A stretch of DNA of 64,000 bases from Ramazzottius varieornatus (taxonomy: Eukaryota > Animalia > Tardigrada), in assembly GCA_001949185.1 (NCBI GenBank), contig BDGG01000008.1, forward strand, positions 1,488,001 to 1,552,000, read 5' to 3'. Position 1 is the stretch's first letter. Each line of letters opens with the position of its first letter. Position numbers and translations under genes: made by a program. The notes beneath the pieces are model-generated. The model had not been told where the DNA came from. It saw only the letters and a program-made list of their open reading frames with translations, and made no database searches. Below are positions 40,276 through 53,675 of the stretch, one piece after another.

Positions 40276-41059
40276 TTCTTTTGGGAAGTCGAGTAAGTCT
40301 CTCCTGCGTTTTAACATTGAACTCCGCGGGTTGCTTTAAGAACGGGCCAAAAAGCGCAAGACTTTGTTGGGAAAAGATGGGTTCGCTGAAGGTTTACGCC
40401 AGGTTTTTTGCTCATGTGATCGGCAGTTTGATGTCACTGTCTTTTGACATTTCGATGGGTATTGTAAAGGAGGAAGTATGTTTGCTCGAAGCAGAAATGT
40501 ACAGTAGGAAAGTACCCAATGTAATCTTGGCAAACAGGCTGGTCAACAAGAGGCTTTCTTGCTCTTTTTTCTACTTCCAAATTGCAGTTTGCACGGAACA
40601 CATATAGCGACGCGCTGTATAGCTCTATTGACGGTATTCAATTCCCCACAAATGGCCATGGGAATATCAAGCCTCGCAGCTGTCAAACGAGCCAACCCAC
40701 AGAAGCCTTTCTTATGAAGCCAGCTTGGCTACTAGATCACCCACAAAAGACAGCTTCTGTTTTCCTTTGGTCGATATCTCAGATGCGCAGTTCCATTTCT
40801 GACACTTTGACGTGAAACTATGCTTTAATCAGCTGATAGATTCTCAGAGAACCGATGAGCGCGCCTCCTGTAACGTGTCCACAATGAGCCTATGCAAACT
40901 TCGAAATTATGACGTATCATCTGTCAAGAAGATACGCTAATTTAAGATCGGTCAGAATGACGACATGTGGAGTGTTCGAACAGAATGCCTAATATTCCAC
41001 AGATACTTTTGATAGCTAGGCTATTTTGAAATTTCCCTCAGGAAGCCAGGAAAAAAAAC

Positions 41060-41218
41060 CATAGCGATTCTGACGTGCTAGTCGGTTGTATGGCCTAGGT
41101 GTAGGGGCCAAAGACTAATCGAACCATTTATTAGCTGGTTCCCTCCAAAATTTCCCTCAGGATAGCTGGCACTCGGAGAACGTAGTCTCTCCCGGTAAAG
41201 CGAATGATTAGAAGTCTT
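41060..41218 (+). pseudogene. Degenerate ~160-bp fragment of 28S (LSU) rRNA
   Basis: tagcgattctgacgtgc...gtaggggccaaagactaatcgaaccatttattagctggttccctccaaaatttccctcaggatagctggcactc...ggtaaagcgaatgattaga matches a highly conserved eukaryotic LSU segment, with several substitutions. There is no flanking rDNA. Confidence 0.88.
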
Positions 41219-42831
41219 CCATTCGGAACGGTCTTGGCCTTGACAACTTTGGAACCATAAATGGGCGTATGGGTGTTTGGGCGGGGTCGCTGGTCTGTGG
41301 ACAAGGTAAGCCTGACCAGATCGTGTTTATTCAGGGAGATCGAATATCATCTTCCATTCATTACTGCCGCACTAATTTCGGCGCCACAATGACTTCGTGA
41401 GCATGTCAAAGGGATGGGAAAGGAAAGGGAGCGTACAAAAGCAGCAGAGTCCAGTAATCGACCAAGGGCAAAACCTTATCAGTTATCAATACATGACGTC
41501 GATATTTATCGCTTTTAAAAGAATCGAGACGTCGGCCTACTGTAATGATAATATCCCTGGCCATGCATGCAAATCGGGCTCGAGATGGCCACAATTGAAC
41601 GCCACTAACTTTTCCGCTCGAGTGCGCCATGTTTGGCCTACGGACCGGAAGAAGGCGACGTCGATCGGTCGGGTGGTTGGTTGACGTCGACAAGACTATT
41701 ATATTCGGCTGGCGACAATTCGTTGAGCAAGCAAAGTAACGCCGGTTTCGGATACAGCCAGTATTTTCGTATAAATATCCAGCTACTGCTATAACTCTTT
41801 TGAACGGTTGCAAATGTGCTCGGTTGACACAAAATAGGCATCCAAAGCCTGCCTTACACGCTTCGTTCGGCCCGTTGATACTTTATCTGTCTGTAATAGT
41901 AATAACAAAAATATATATCTCTTCGACAAGCTACGCTACGGCCAAACCGGCTTTTCCTTTCCGTCAGCCAATGAAAACTGCGAAGCCAATTTGCAAGCTG
42001 GTTTTCGTAGAAAATGTCGTGCTGAAAATCATAGGAAAATACCGGAGCTCTGGATGTACACTATAACCCATGTAAAAATGGTGCTACGTTAGATACTCTG
42101 CAGGTGACCTTTTGCACTTGATTGAAGAGAAAGAAAAGCACAGCGAGCACAGTAATCGCGATTGTTCGCTTTTGAGCGTATATCCCCTTGAACGTGAAGG
42201 AAAAGGGATCCTTTGAGTGAACAACGCCCTGGTCCCCATATCCCAGCCAGTGAACTCTTTACATGTGCATTCAATCGTTAGGTTCGAGCTGATTTACTAT
42301 CGGCGACATGCAAAGAATAATATAATCATGTGGCGAAGCTTTGGCCAAAGCGGAGTGACTTTTCAGTGGTTCAAACGAGATGAAGCACTCTTTGGAGAAC
42401 CGCTAAGAGACTCGAATGGAATGCAGGGCCGGAGAAGCAAATTAACCACTTATTACTGTACTGCAAACTGCATCAAGATTAATCGGGTGGCTTTTTCTGC
42501 GGATTTGCACCAATGTTATGTCCCATGGGTGAATGGGGCAGCTCGCGACGCCCTCGTCGAAAGTCTCCATATCGTATATATGGCCATCCCGTAACGTTCT
42601 AGCAACCAAGTCAACCGTACCGCTATTGTCGACCCCGCCGTCGCTGACACTCGTATGCATCGTAAATCCTATTGTAGAATGCAGGAAAAAACACTCAAGT
42701 ACCGTTGCGGTTTTATGACTCTGAATGCCTGCTTACGCCACAGCCGCGCTCACGCTATACGGATCGTACATTATTAGATCCGAAAAAGAAAGTGAAGCGT
42801 GAAAGCTTTCGAATTCTTTGCTGACCGAAAC

Positions 42832-42945
42832 ATGGACGAAGTATTTGTGCCAGATTATTTTTAAAAGTGGCACACCGTACCAGCTAATAACAATGAAAAC
42901 ATGCGCCACTTGAGCAAACGATCTGGCTGGGATCGTTTTCTCACG
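42832..42945. mobile_element. Palindromic MITE-like family copy 5 (spacer reversed)
   Basis: aagtggcacac cgtaccagctaataacaatgaaaac atgcgccactt gagcaaacgatctgg. Confidence 0.75.
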
Positions 42946-43788
42946 TCTTATTTAATAGATGATTTCTTAGCGTGAATATTCGCCGACCGCAAATAACCGC
43001 TGTAAATAACTTGTTCTTTGAAGTTCGGTAGAGCAAATAGGTTTACTACACGCGGGAGGAAAAACCACAGGGTGGTACAAAGTGAGTATTAAAAGCAATT
43101 TGTCAATGGTGAATATGGCTTCTTAAGACATGTTCATGTCAGGTAAGCTTTGGAGGCTGTACAAGTGTCTAGAGAGTATAGACTATTTTAAGGAAGGCTG
43201 CAGTTGATGATTTAACAGAGCCGGTTTCACATACAGCCCTGGGCTAATAAGGATATGTAATAGCATATACTTGATGCTGGAAAGGTGCAGGAAAACGTTT
43301 ATGTCGCTTGATGATGGAAACACATGTTCTTGGCCAAATAGTCCTGTCATCTTTTGATTGAAAGCAGAGACACCGTGGCCGGATATTCTTCTCGCTGTAT
43401 AATATGGCTGGGACGAATATAAGCCGACGAAACACGTATCATCTGGGTGTCATATTGTCTGCTGGGGATGTTTCTACCAGACAGCCGGAAAGACAATCTT
43501 CCTTTAGCGGTCGTTGAAGCGTGCTAAATGCTCGTAGGCGACAGCCACCGAACCGGCTTAGATTGTCTGTTCATATCGTCAGAATATCAGAGATTTGGAA
43601 AAGAAGGGACATCTCCGGCTTTCCTCAAGTCTAAAGATAGGAGGGTCATGCCTTATAACAATCGCTTGATATTCAGCCTTTTATTCCTGTAGCTTTCCTT
43701 CTGACTGTTGAACCCGGAAGTCTAATTCGCCGGCACGGTGGAGTGTATCCAAGACAGGCATCAAAATATATAAGATGGTTAATTTAAT

Positions 43789-43868
43789 TGGCGCACGTTT
43801 TCATTGCTATTAGCTGGAAGGATGTGCCACTCAGGATGACGACCGTGGGCGATTCGTTTGCCCAGCTC
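43789..43868. mobile_element. Palindromic MITE-like family copy 6 (5' truncated)
   Basis: tggcgcac gttttcattgctattagctggaagg atgtgccact...ttcgtttgcccagctc. Confidence 0.7.
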
Positions 43869-45340
43869 TCAAGTCTTTGAATATCGTGTCCCGAACATAG
43901 TTAGCGAAAACAATTACATGTCTGCACTTGAGAAGGGACCTACAGGATATTAGTCCTTCCTGTCCATAGAGTTCTCATTCGGACTCAAACACGGGTTATT
44001 TTCCGGAGCAGACCATTGGGGACACAAGATCCATTGATGTTCCACCATTTGAATTATGTTTTGTTCCCTCCTCTTAGCCACTATCATTTGCGCTATCACG
44101 GTGACAAACAAGAGATTACAATTCAAGAGTGCACTTTGGGTTTCTGGCTGCATTCTATGCTGGGAGCATGGAGTTCGAGTGTGCATAAAAGGGGAAGCAA
44201 ATCTGTCCAACACTTCCCGCTTACAATCCATCACATACCCGTACAGCAATCACTTGAATCAAAGACTATACACAATTTCCCGTTGCGCTGCTTTCCCGAA
44301 AAATTCATTCGTGGAACCCTAGCTACATTTTCGTTGCATGCTCTTCTGTACATCTCGCTTTCAGCTGACCCAGTGTTCACCCAACACGTTACTTGATCCT
44401 CTGTTCTTTTACTTCCTCGTTACGAATACCAGCAAAATTTCAATGAAAAAGACTGCAAAACTAGAGCATATCGATCAGCGAGATGTCGCGATCGATCGTA
44501 TTCATGGTCGAAAAGTATCGTCAGGCATCCTCACGTATCGCCGAACGTCGGCAGACGCCGCATATGAAATCGATTAAGCGATCCATATCAAACAAATCTT
44601 CCCTCGGCTATCACATTCAAAATTTTTGCCTAGGTCAACAGTCGCCATTCCTGCCCATTTATACCATAATCAACCCACCGTATGGCAAGGCCGGCTTTTC
44701 ACCCGCAGATCCCGGAGACTTACTATTGATCAAAGCATGACTTTGGGCATTGATTCTAGTGCAAATTGGTCTACGTCTGTCTGAAGTGGATTGTCGAAGC
44801 CGAAATTCCCTTTTACAATCTAACCACCTCCGTGTGTCTCGCATCTTCCGTAGAATACTCTTTGGGCGTACATGTTGAAGAGATACGAATATTTGGAATA
44901 ATTATAACGCGGAATGTAGAGGGTCCAGGCAGACGGAAAGAGTTTGAATGTTGACCAAGCTGGCGCATTCTGTCAACACAACAGCTATGTCAACATATAC
45001 AGTCCTGCTGATTGACCACTGGTCAAGCCTGTATAGTTTTGACACTTGAACAGGGGGAGATTTACTGAAGTGCAATATGCTACTCTGTACTTCGGCAAAT
45101 AGGCGTGCTACAAGCGGAATAAGCCTGAGAACCTTTTTGAGCCTGTGCATTCCGTGATAATTGCAGGAAATAAAGCTCGATGTTAAACTCATCCTGTAAT
45201 GAATAAGCCCTCGTGCTATGTGGGCTTTAATATATATGGTCTATGAGCCTCGGATGTCCGTTGACTACGACGCCTGAAGTTTTGGAGCTCATACTGGCCG
45301 TCCTGCTGCTACATGGGTCCTTCGCCACCATTACGCGGAA

Positions 45341-45536
45341 CTTGGGCAAATAGAAGTGAACCAGATCGTTGTCTCAAGTGGCGCACGTTTCCATTGTTGC
45401 TGGTTATAGATATGCGCTACTTAGAGACGACCTTTTCGAGTTGTCCTGCTTTTCACAAGTGGCGCACGTCTGCGATGTTGTGGACCAAGCGGGTGCGCCA
45501 CTGTGGTGAAAAGTATTGTTCAAAGCATTTGTCCAC
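45341..45536. mobile_element. Palindromic MITE-like family copy 7 (two tandem cores)
   Basis: ttgggcaaat..ccagatcgttgtctcaagtggcgcac-N25-atgcgctactt...aagtggcgcac-N25-gtgcgccact...atttgtcca. Confidence 0.8.
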
Positions 45537-47645
45537 TTCTCACGTTGTGCGCCGTGTCGATGTAAAGGTGGGTCGTGTATGGAAAGGAAAAAGCCTCATA
45601 TGGCGATGCCAGGATACAATACGGGAGTCATTACTTGACTAAAACGAACTATGATCGAACGATGTGGCAGTTGGTCAAGCTTGAAATGACAAGGCTTGGC
45701 ATATCAAGTATAGCGACGCAGCATCGCGCAGCAAGCTCTCTATGACAGCTAGCGCTACATAATTGCGAATCATCAGGAATAACAAGTTGCCGACATTATT
45801 TTGTCGTTGGTGAAGACAGTCATGCGTGCGAGCCATAGGAATTGAGAAATTATGTTCGCGTAATGCTCTTTACATTGACATTTCAGCGGCATATCAAAAC
45901 GTTATTGGTTCTTTTCAACGATATTCTGACTTTTGACATCTCCAAAGGGTCATCACAGTTTGGCATGTTTGTTGCATTGAACGAACGACATGCATAATTA
46001 CGACACTTGCTTATGGTCTTTTAATTCCGGTTGATTTCTGCAACGTGTACCGGTAAATACAAGGTGCATATTGTCGTATCCGGAGCGTACGGACGCATGG
46101 GGTATAATTCTATCAGCTGGTCACCGTCACGCTAGGCTAGCTTAGCTTGACCTGCGCGTTTGTGTCGGCCCAGTGCACAATGCTGACTACACATAAACTA
46201 TAAGCAGAAATTATGTTTGATTTTCTCAAGGGATATTATTATCATGTTTCGGTCGTTAGCGTCAAGGTGTGCAGTTTTTGGGCAGTGGTGTGGCCAACCA
46301 AGGGAAACGAAGCAACAAAGATTGATGTGTGGAGCCGAGGCCGGATATGTCTGCAGGCCCGCTTGCTGGCCTGAACAAGATAGACGACGAGTGATTTAGG
46401 CGGCGAAAATATTCCGCGCTCCGTTTGCCTGTATCCACAATTAAAACTGCGTTAAAAGATGATTGCGGCTGAGGCAGAGAGTTCGGTCCAGCGTGACGAC
46501 TTTGACGGCTTGCACTGTCACTCCATCGTCACTCGCTTCCTGATCGGCTCTTGGCCAGAACCGCAATGTCTCCTGTTAGAACTTCAAGCACGACACATCT
46601 CTTCCCTTTTTTAAAAGTATATTAAAAGACCGAACGAATTTTTACTGGAAGGGAACAAAATTGGAGGCTAAAGAAATTTGCGCCCAAAACAGAATGTTGA
46701 TCGGGTCCTCGGCCAGTTCAACGATTCAGAAGATCAAAAACGGAGCGTGCGATCACTCGTACACCGCCTTATATGCCGAACGGTAACGCGACTACCGCTC
46801 AAAGAGCATCCCAGACGGATTTTGACCAGAGCTATGTTATGTCGTGTCTTTTTGGTGTTGACAAGTGCTATCAAGTGGAAGAAGTGCAACCCTGCGTGAC
46901 TCAAGTATTCATCTGCCTAGCTCAGACCGTTTGTCTTATCCATAACGGGTCGCAGATCTGAAATTGGATCAAGGAGATAAGACTACTCCAAAAATTACCT
47001 TTTGATATCCAAAAAAAACACAAATATAACAACGGGAAAGGCGGCTAACTCATGACGGCAAAATAGGCGTATCGACACTTCAGGTACACAATTCTGTCAT
47101 GCCAATTAAACTCTAATTTACTGGCAGTTCATCACATAAAATGGGTTGGGCATTGCTAGTTGAAGCTGTTGACGTTCGGATAATAATCTTTTAAAATGGG
47201 ACATGAAGCCCAGTGTGTCGTCCTTCGTGGAGGGATGCTGCGAACAACAAGCCAAGGAAGCCACATGGCGCCAAATTGCCATCCCTTGAGGCATCTTCGT
47301 ACTCCGCCGTGCTGACAGCCTCGCTCACCACCCACTTGCGCACGGCCAACACCCGTATCTCACCGTGACCACCTACTTGTCAATGACCGGGTCCATCTTC
47401 AGTCTTGAATACGATGACATACCGTTGAGATTTTGACGGTAAAACAATTTGCCTAAATGAATTTTCTGGACGTCGCCCACAGGCTTCCCTGTGTGATGAA
47501 GAGGACCACACCCGGCTTTTCTGGGTTCCCATGGCCTACAACGCATGGAGCTTTCCTTTCGGGGGTTCGTGGCTTACTTTCCATTGCGTTCTTCATCAAT
47601 CCGAATAATCCGCCGCATAGAGTGATGCTAAAACTGATGAAATGG

Positions 47646-47762
47646 GAGCTGAGCAGATGGACTCATCCAGCTCGTCTGTGCAAGTGGCGCAGGCTTCGAG
47701 CAGGAATAACGAGAACGTGCGCCACACGAGATAACGATCTGCTTCAATTCGTTTGCCCGGTT
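47646..47762. mobile_element. Palindromic MITE-like family copy 8
   Basis: gagctgagcagat..aagtggcgcag-N24-gtgcgccac..ataacgatctg..ttcgtttgcccgg. Confidence 0.7.
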
Positions 47763-49055
47763 GCAAAATATCGGCTGATGTCGTATGAGAGACTTCAATT
47801 CGTGCTTTACTGAAACAGAGTCAGTGCCTGTAAGCGAAGACCCAGTACCATCTCGAGAAATGGTGGCAAGTCAATCTTGGTAATGATCGAGCTTAGCTAG
47901 AGGGAGAAATGTCGCTGTCCATTCTAATTAAAGTTTTAGCACGGAAACCTTGCCAAATGGAAGTGACGGTCAGGCACGCCTGCGGACCGTCGAGCCATTT
48001 AGTGGGGCCGAGAAAGTCGGAATGCATGTTAATATCCACAAATATCCCGATGGAATGTTTTTTTTACGGTCAACCTTGTTTGTCCTTCTTTACAGTGTGG
48101 CTCTCTACTGGAGCGGAATGCAAAGAACGTTAACCGCCTTCGCTAAACTCAAAGTAGGAATACGTAGTCTTACTGCTGACTAAATAAAGATTAATTAGCT
48201 TGATCAAAGCACTTCCCCACTGAACGTAAAAACAACTGCAGTGACCCCATGCACTCCTTTTAATTGTTATGAGAGCTCGATCCCATCTTGGAGTCCTTAG
48301 GCTGCCTTCTAATGGAGCATTTGGTTGTGATTCGTATAAGTTATGACAGGGACACTCTCGAAAACACGATTAATGCCTGACAAGTATTCCTCCTCAAATG
48401 GATCTGGGGGAGGGGAAAAAGTGACCTGGATTTAGGCGAAGGCCGGCTAGCTGACTTGATGTACAGTAATCCTTCTTTCCTAGTGGGGGGACTGGTCTTT
48501 AGTACCCCCTCAGACAAAGTTGCTTAATCTGACAGCTGGAACGTTAAAGCAGGCTGTTAAATCAAGATTGGCCTTTGATACTGATTTGTCATCCTTTTTC
48601 TCGTTAACTTTAGCTTGCGCTGGGATATACTACATTCAACTGCAAATCCTGTCGAACACCGGGCCTGGTCATTCGCAGGTTCTTGCCTTCGTCATCGTTA
48701 TAATGTGTTCTCCGTAAACACAGAATGGTAAAGAATATTCGATCAGTATTCATTGCGGTGATTACAAGACAAACTTTTCTATAAGATAGTGGAGAGATTG
48801 GTAGATTGGTGGTGTTAGATATGCAGTGGCATATTAGATTACGCAGCCGCATCATGTACAACGATACAATGCATTCTTTGATATTCCTCGTATTCAGCGA
48901 TGAGGTTACTGTGAGCTTCAAACTGTGTCTTTTACAAAAGATGAGGCATGATTCGTTCGGGCGTATGGTAATCAAACTCAAAAGGATTGAATCAACCTAT
49001 TGATAGGTCCGGCTTGATCTCTTGATTGGCCTGGTAGAGTGTTAGGGTCGCCGAA

Positions 49056-49069
49056 GCGCCACCTGCAGG
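49056..49069 (-). promoter_or_regulatory. CTCF-like motif (reverse orientation)
   Basis: The reverse complement reads CCTGCAGGTGGCGC. Confidence 0.3.
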
Positions 49070-52000
49070 GAGATTAGAGAAGGGTTTCCGGCATGTTTCC
49101 GTGTGTTCGATGATATCATCTGTGTCGAACAAGGATGTTGTTAATTTATAATAGATGAGGTTACGTCGACGAATGTTCCCAAATATACACAGCCTAGCGA
49201 ACTCTGTATGTTTTGTAACGAGGCTGACCACATGTACTTGTATATGGGACGGATAAATATTTTGATATTGCGGTCAGTATTGCGATTAGGAAGGAAACTT
49301 GTTACGTGTGGCCACGGTGTAGCTTAAAAAGGTTGCGCGATGATGAAGATGGGAGATTGGGTGTACATAATGTATATTGCTTCCACACTGCTATAGCGTC
49401 TGGCAAGCGCGTCACTTTGGTACATCAACTACGAAGCCTAATCTCCGTGCTTGAACCTTCCAACAGCCTGGTCCAACAGCTTTAAGTGCGGCTATGAAAT
49501 GGTCGGCGTTCTTCACAAGTCAATTGCGCCACGAAGAAAGAAGGCCTTCCTTTCCATACTTTCCACATCCAAAACAACAGCGTTGAGGCGTAAGTATAGG
49601 GTAGCGACTCTAGCGAGAATCGAAGGGCGTCTTGCCTCACCGGAGCCGCGCAACCACCAGCTGGGCTCCAAAACTAAATTGAGAAGAAAATCATATATAC
49701 ATATGTCGCATCGGCCTAGCCAGCCAGCGAGCAAAGCGACTCTTTACAAGCTGTAAAAGCCAACTGCGAAAAGACGATGATGATTTTTCCTTTCTTGTCT
49801 TTGCCGCGAAGGCAACGCTGGCATGGGCAGTGCGTGTTCCTTCAAGAACACGTTTCACCCATTTAAATTATTATTTTGTTTTCCGGCCTTTGTGTAATGC
49901 GGGTTTTCCACCGACTTTCAAATGACTCACGGTGAAGAAGACACGAAGGAAAACTGGAAAAGTCACACTTTCTGTCGAGCTTAACTGTCAGTTCGGTTCT
50001 TTGTGTTGTCTCACGCGGCGGAAGTCGCAGACAGAAAAGAGCTTCCGAAGACAGTCTACAAAGGTCCAAGGTCGATCGATTGATTCTTCCTGGAATGAAA
50101 TGCGCTTGTGAATGGGAGGACTCCAACGGACTATGCGCCGTGTTCGACGAGGTAAGAATGGATATTCGTGCATGATAAAAGCGTCGTAAAATCGAATTTA
50201 TGTGGATTATAAAGGCGCTATTGTTTGAGAGCTGGCTATGATTTCTCAACACCCATTTTTATGACTGGGGTATTTGTAAGAAGATACCGCGACACCACGA
50301 ATGATGAATGTCAATGTCAGAAACGTGTGAGAAAATCATTATGGAATTTGGCAGTAGCAAGATAACTGGCAACCATGGCTCAACTCGATAATGCAATGCC
50401 GGCTCGGACGGCCAATGCACGAGCGAGCTTGTAATTGAAATTAGCTTTCAAACTGTAAAGCATGAAAGAAGATGATTGTTATCGATCGGCCTTCGATAGC
50501 TTTAATTGGGCAGGGATTAATCGCCCATCCAAATTGGTCGGCCCATCTGCCATCACAATAGTTGAGAGTCGGTTGGGACCAACATGCAATGGTTCAGCAA
50601 ACCGAAAGAATTTTAACATGGGACGACATTTTCTCATCGTGACCGAAAATTCCAGGCTTTTCACATTTGAATAATTAATTTTGGCACTATTTAGCCGGTT
50701 TCAAAATATGCCAAACTGCCCTTTCAAGCACGCCATATTCAGCTGTCCCGCAAAAATTTTGTTTGAACCACTTCGTCTTGTTAGGTCTTAGTCGTAGGAA
50801 GGACGACATCTGTGTTCTTCACAAGTAAAATAACTTTAATGTGCAGATGATATCCTGGCTTAGGCCTAATCTTGGTTTCCATCGCCAACCTTCCAAACTG
50901 TACATGCACTCCGAAGGCAGGTCTTGCTACAGGGTGGGACAGATGGAACCCGTCTAAGGACCTTCATAAGGAAGGCAGGAAGGAAGAGTGAAAGTTAACG
51001 AGTACGTAGATGGATGGCAAAAGTTGGTTACATGTTGGATATGCATATGTGTCATTTTAGAACGCCACACATGATGGTGTGCCAAAATATTGAAATTATA
51101 GGCAGAATAGGCGCACGATTAAGTAAACAAGCGGCTTTGAGATGACAGCGCTGGTCAGCATCGAATTGCCATCATGACTAAGTTAACGGGGATCCTGCCA
51201 TCACATGCAGCTGGATCTAAAGGATACCCTGACAGCCAAGGATGTACTGATTTGGGTCTTGACAGACACGCCAGTCCATCTAAATCGGATCTAAATTTAG
51301 GAGCATTCCCCACAGGCAATGTGACTTATTCTACCAACGCCACAAATCTCTGAATGACCTCACTTTTGAGATTTGGGAAATGTGGCTTGGAAGACTGCCA
51401 AGCTGGCTCGTTTAGAGGAAGTAAATGTTCTAACAAAATTTCCATAGGTTCGACCTCGCCGGTACAGCGACTGAGCCGGTCGAACCAGCGCATTGTGCCG
51501 AAAAGGTTAAGCATACCGGCATGCGTGCGAGAGCTATTCTACCCTCGTTTAGTAACGTATTGCTCGGATAATATTTTGCGGCTTAAGTCAACATAGGGCC
51601 ACGACATATCTGATGGAGACGTCTTTACTCCGCACATACAAAGCGCACAGCAGAAGCAATTTGTAGCTATTGAGCTGCCACGTCGTCGGGCTTTTGCCGT
51701 CAGATATTTGTTTAATCTGGCCAATATTGAGGCTGATTTCTGCTTCGATAGCCGGTTGGACTGGTTCAGCTTCTGTGTCGAGAGGGATATAGTCGTTATC
51801 GTTGGCTGTTTGTCCACAACAATGAGCGATACTAAAATAACATGCCGATATCCCTCTATAACCGATTCTTCACCGTTACTACCACCCAAAGCCTCTTTCA
51901 TAATGCTGTTTGCCATCAATCAAATGATCGAAGAAAGTTTTTCCACAATAGGTTGCTTTCGTGTTTGAAGGAAGAACCACGAACCATACTGTTGAAGAAT

Positions 52001-53527
52001 GGCGTGGATCTAATGCGTGACACTGTACGTTTCTGAAGGCTGCTAACTTCAATATACACGTACACGTGTGCTAGACTTCTTTTTTTGTCTTAAATTTTTC
52101 GAAATACTGTATAATACCTATGCAATGTAGAATTTATCTGCATTGCTGCAAGAGATATTCGAAAATAGACACAAGCATGAATGTAGCCAGGTTGAAAAGC
52201 GGCCTTCTGGGAAAGGTCGCGAGGGTGAAGTGAAGATCCGGTTAGGGTGAAGAACTGGAGTGATCTGTGATGGCCTTTAGGCAGCTCTCTTTATGGTACT
52301 GTGTGAGTAATTAATTGTATCATGGGTGTTGAGTAAGGAAAATAAACACAATGAGTAGGAGCACAAACCGTCAAAAGCCGTGGCAAAGCACTTGAAAGAA
52401 GGTTCAAGTGGCCTCAGCATTAGGCCGCATCAAATGCCGATGCTTTATTCAAACAGCCGACAAAAAGCGTCCAGTGACAACAAAAAAGCGCTGCCCATGT
52501 GTCAAAATGGCTGCCGGTCCTCCTGTACTTTGCCATCTACTCGACTACGATCGCCTTTGGGCGACTTATTGTGACAAGCGTTCTATTCAGCAAGAATTAC
52601 TCCGCTATTTGTGTGATCCTATTTTTTCACATCACGCATACATGTGCAGTACGTAGAGCAATCTGACGCGACATGACAGGTGTACAGGTGCATTCGTTTT
52701 GTGGCGTTAGAGGCGCAGTTCTTGGATCGTCGCAAGGCACTCACCTCTTCCGCGAAAGCACTGATTGAAATATAATTGGGGCAGGAAAATTGCAGACCCG
52801 AGTTCAAATTAGCGTGCAAAGGTGGGCCCATGTTTGGACAATCGTGCCTAAAAATAGCTCGAATATCAATATTAGCTCAAGCAAAGGTAGGAAATTTCGG
52901 CGAAAATTATGGTGGCATGGATTTTTATTGATCTGGAGAAGGTTGGACATTGAGCTAGTTAATAACAGAGGACCAGGACTGAGGAAGGAGTGTACCGGGC
53001 TGTAATGACAGAGCACGCTGCATAGTACGACGACCTATTAGAGCGATGATTGCCACTTGATGGCCTGTATGCTTACTGTAGTAATTAATTATGAAATATA
53101 TCGACATGTATTTTGCACTCGACAGCTTTGCCTGTCCAAAAACCTGATGGCATCACACTAGCTTGAAGTTGGTCTTTCGGTCTTTCAGGCTGTCGAAGAA
53201 ACGCAACACAAGCTTACGCGTGCTCGTCGTTGAAACTGTTGAGTGCCGTGTTTTAAAAATCATATTTTACACACAAAGTGACAAGCTAACCACTTGATAC
53301 ACTAGAAACAAACAGACATGATCAGTGATGAAAAATGACTGTATGGACATTAACGAGTTCTTCGCTCCATTGCCGTACTACAAAACGTCCCTTCTTTCGC
53401 AAACACTAAAATAGACCTATTTTGAGGAAGCAGCTGGACAGGCCGACGAGTAATCGTTTAGAGATCCGTCATCTGGACTGCGTTATGACCACCTAAAGAT
53501 GGCCCAAGTATCTTTGCCCGTAAATGG

Positions 53528-53675
53528 GAGCTGGGCGCACAGAACGTACGAGAGATATTCGAAGTGGCGCACAGAACGTACGAGAGATATTCGAAGTGGC
53601 ACACGTTTCTATTGTTATTGGCTAGGTGGGTGCGCCACTCAGAGTGGCAATTTCGTGCGTCTCGTTTGCCCAGCT
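53528..53675. mobile_element. Palindromic MITE-like family copy 9, with internal perfect 32-bp tandem duplication
   Basis: gagctg-(ggcgcacagaacgtacgagagatattcgaagt)x2-ggcacac-N25-gtgcgccact...tcgtttgcccagct. Confidence 0.8.

Noticed and set aside
53528-53675. CRISPR-like repeat-spacer look of the GGCGCAC units
   Set aside because: The locus is eukaryotic, there are no cas genes, and the units are identical tandem copies within a dispersed palindromic element.
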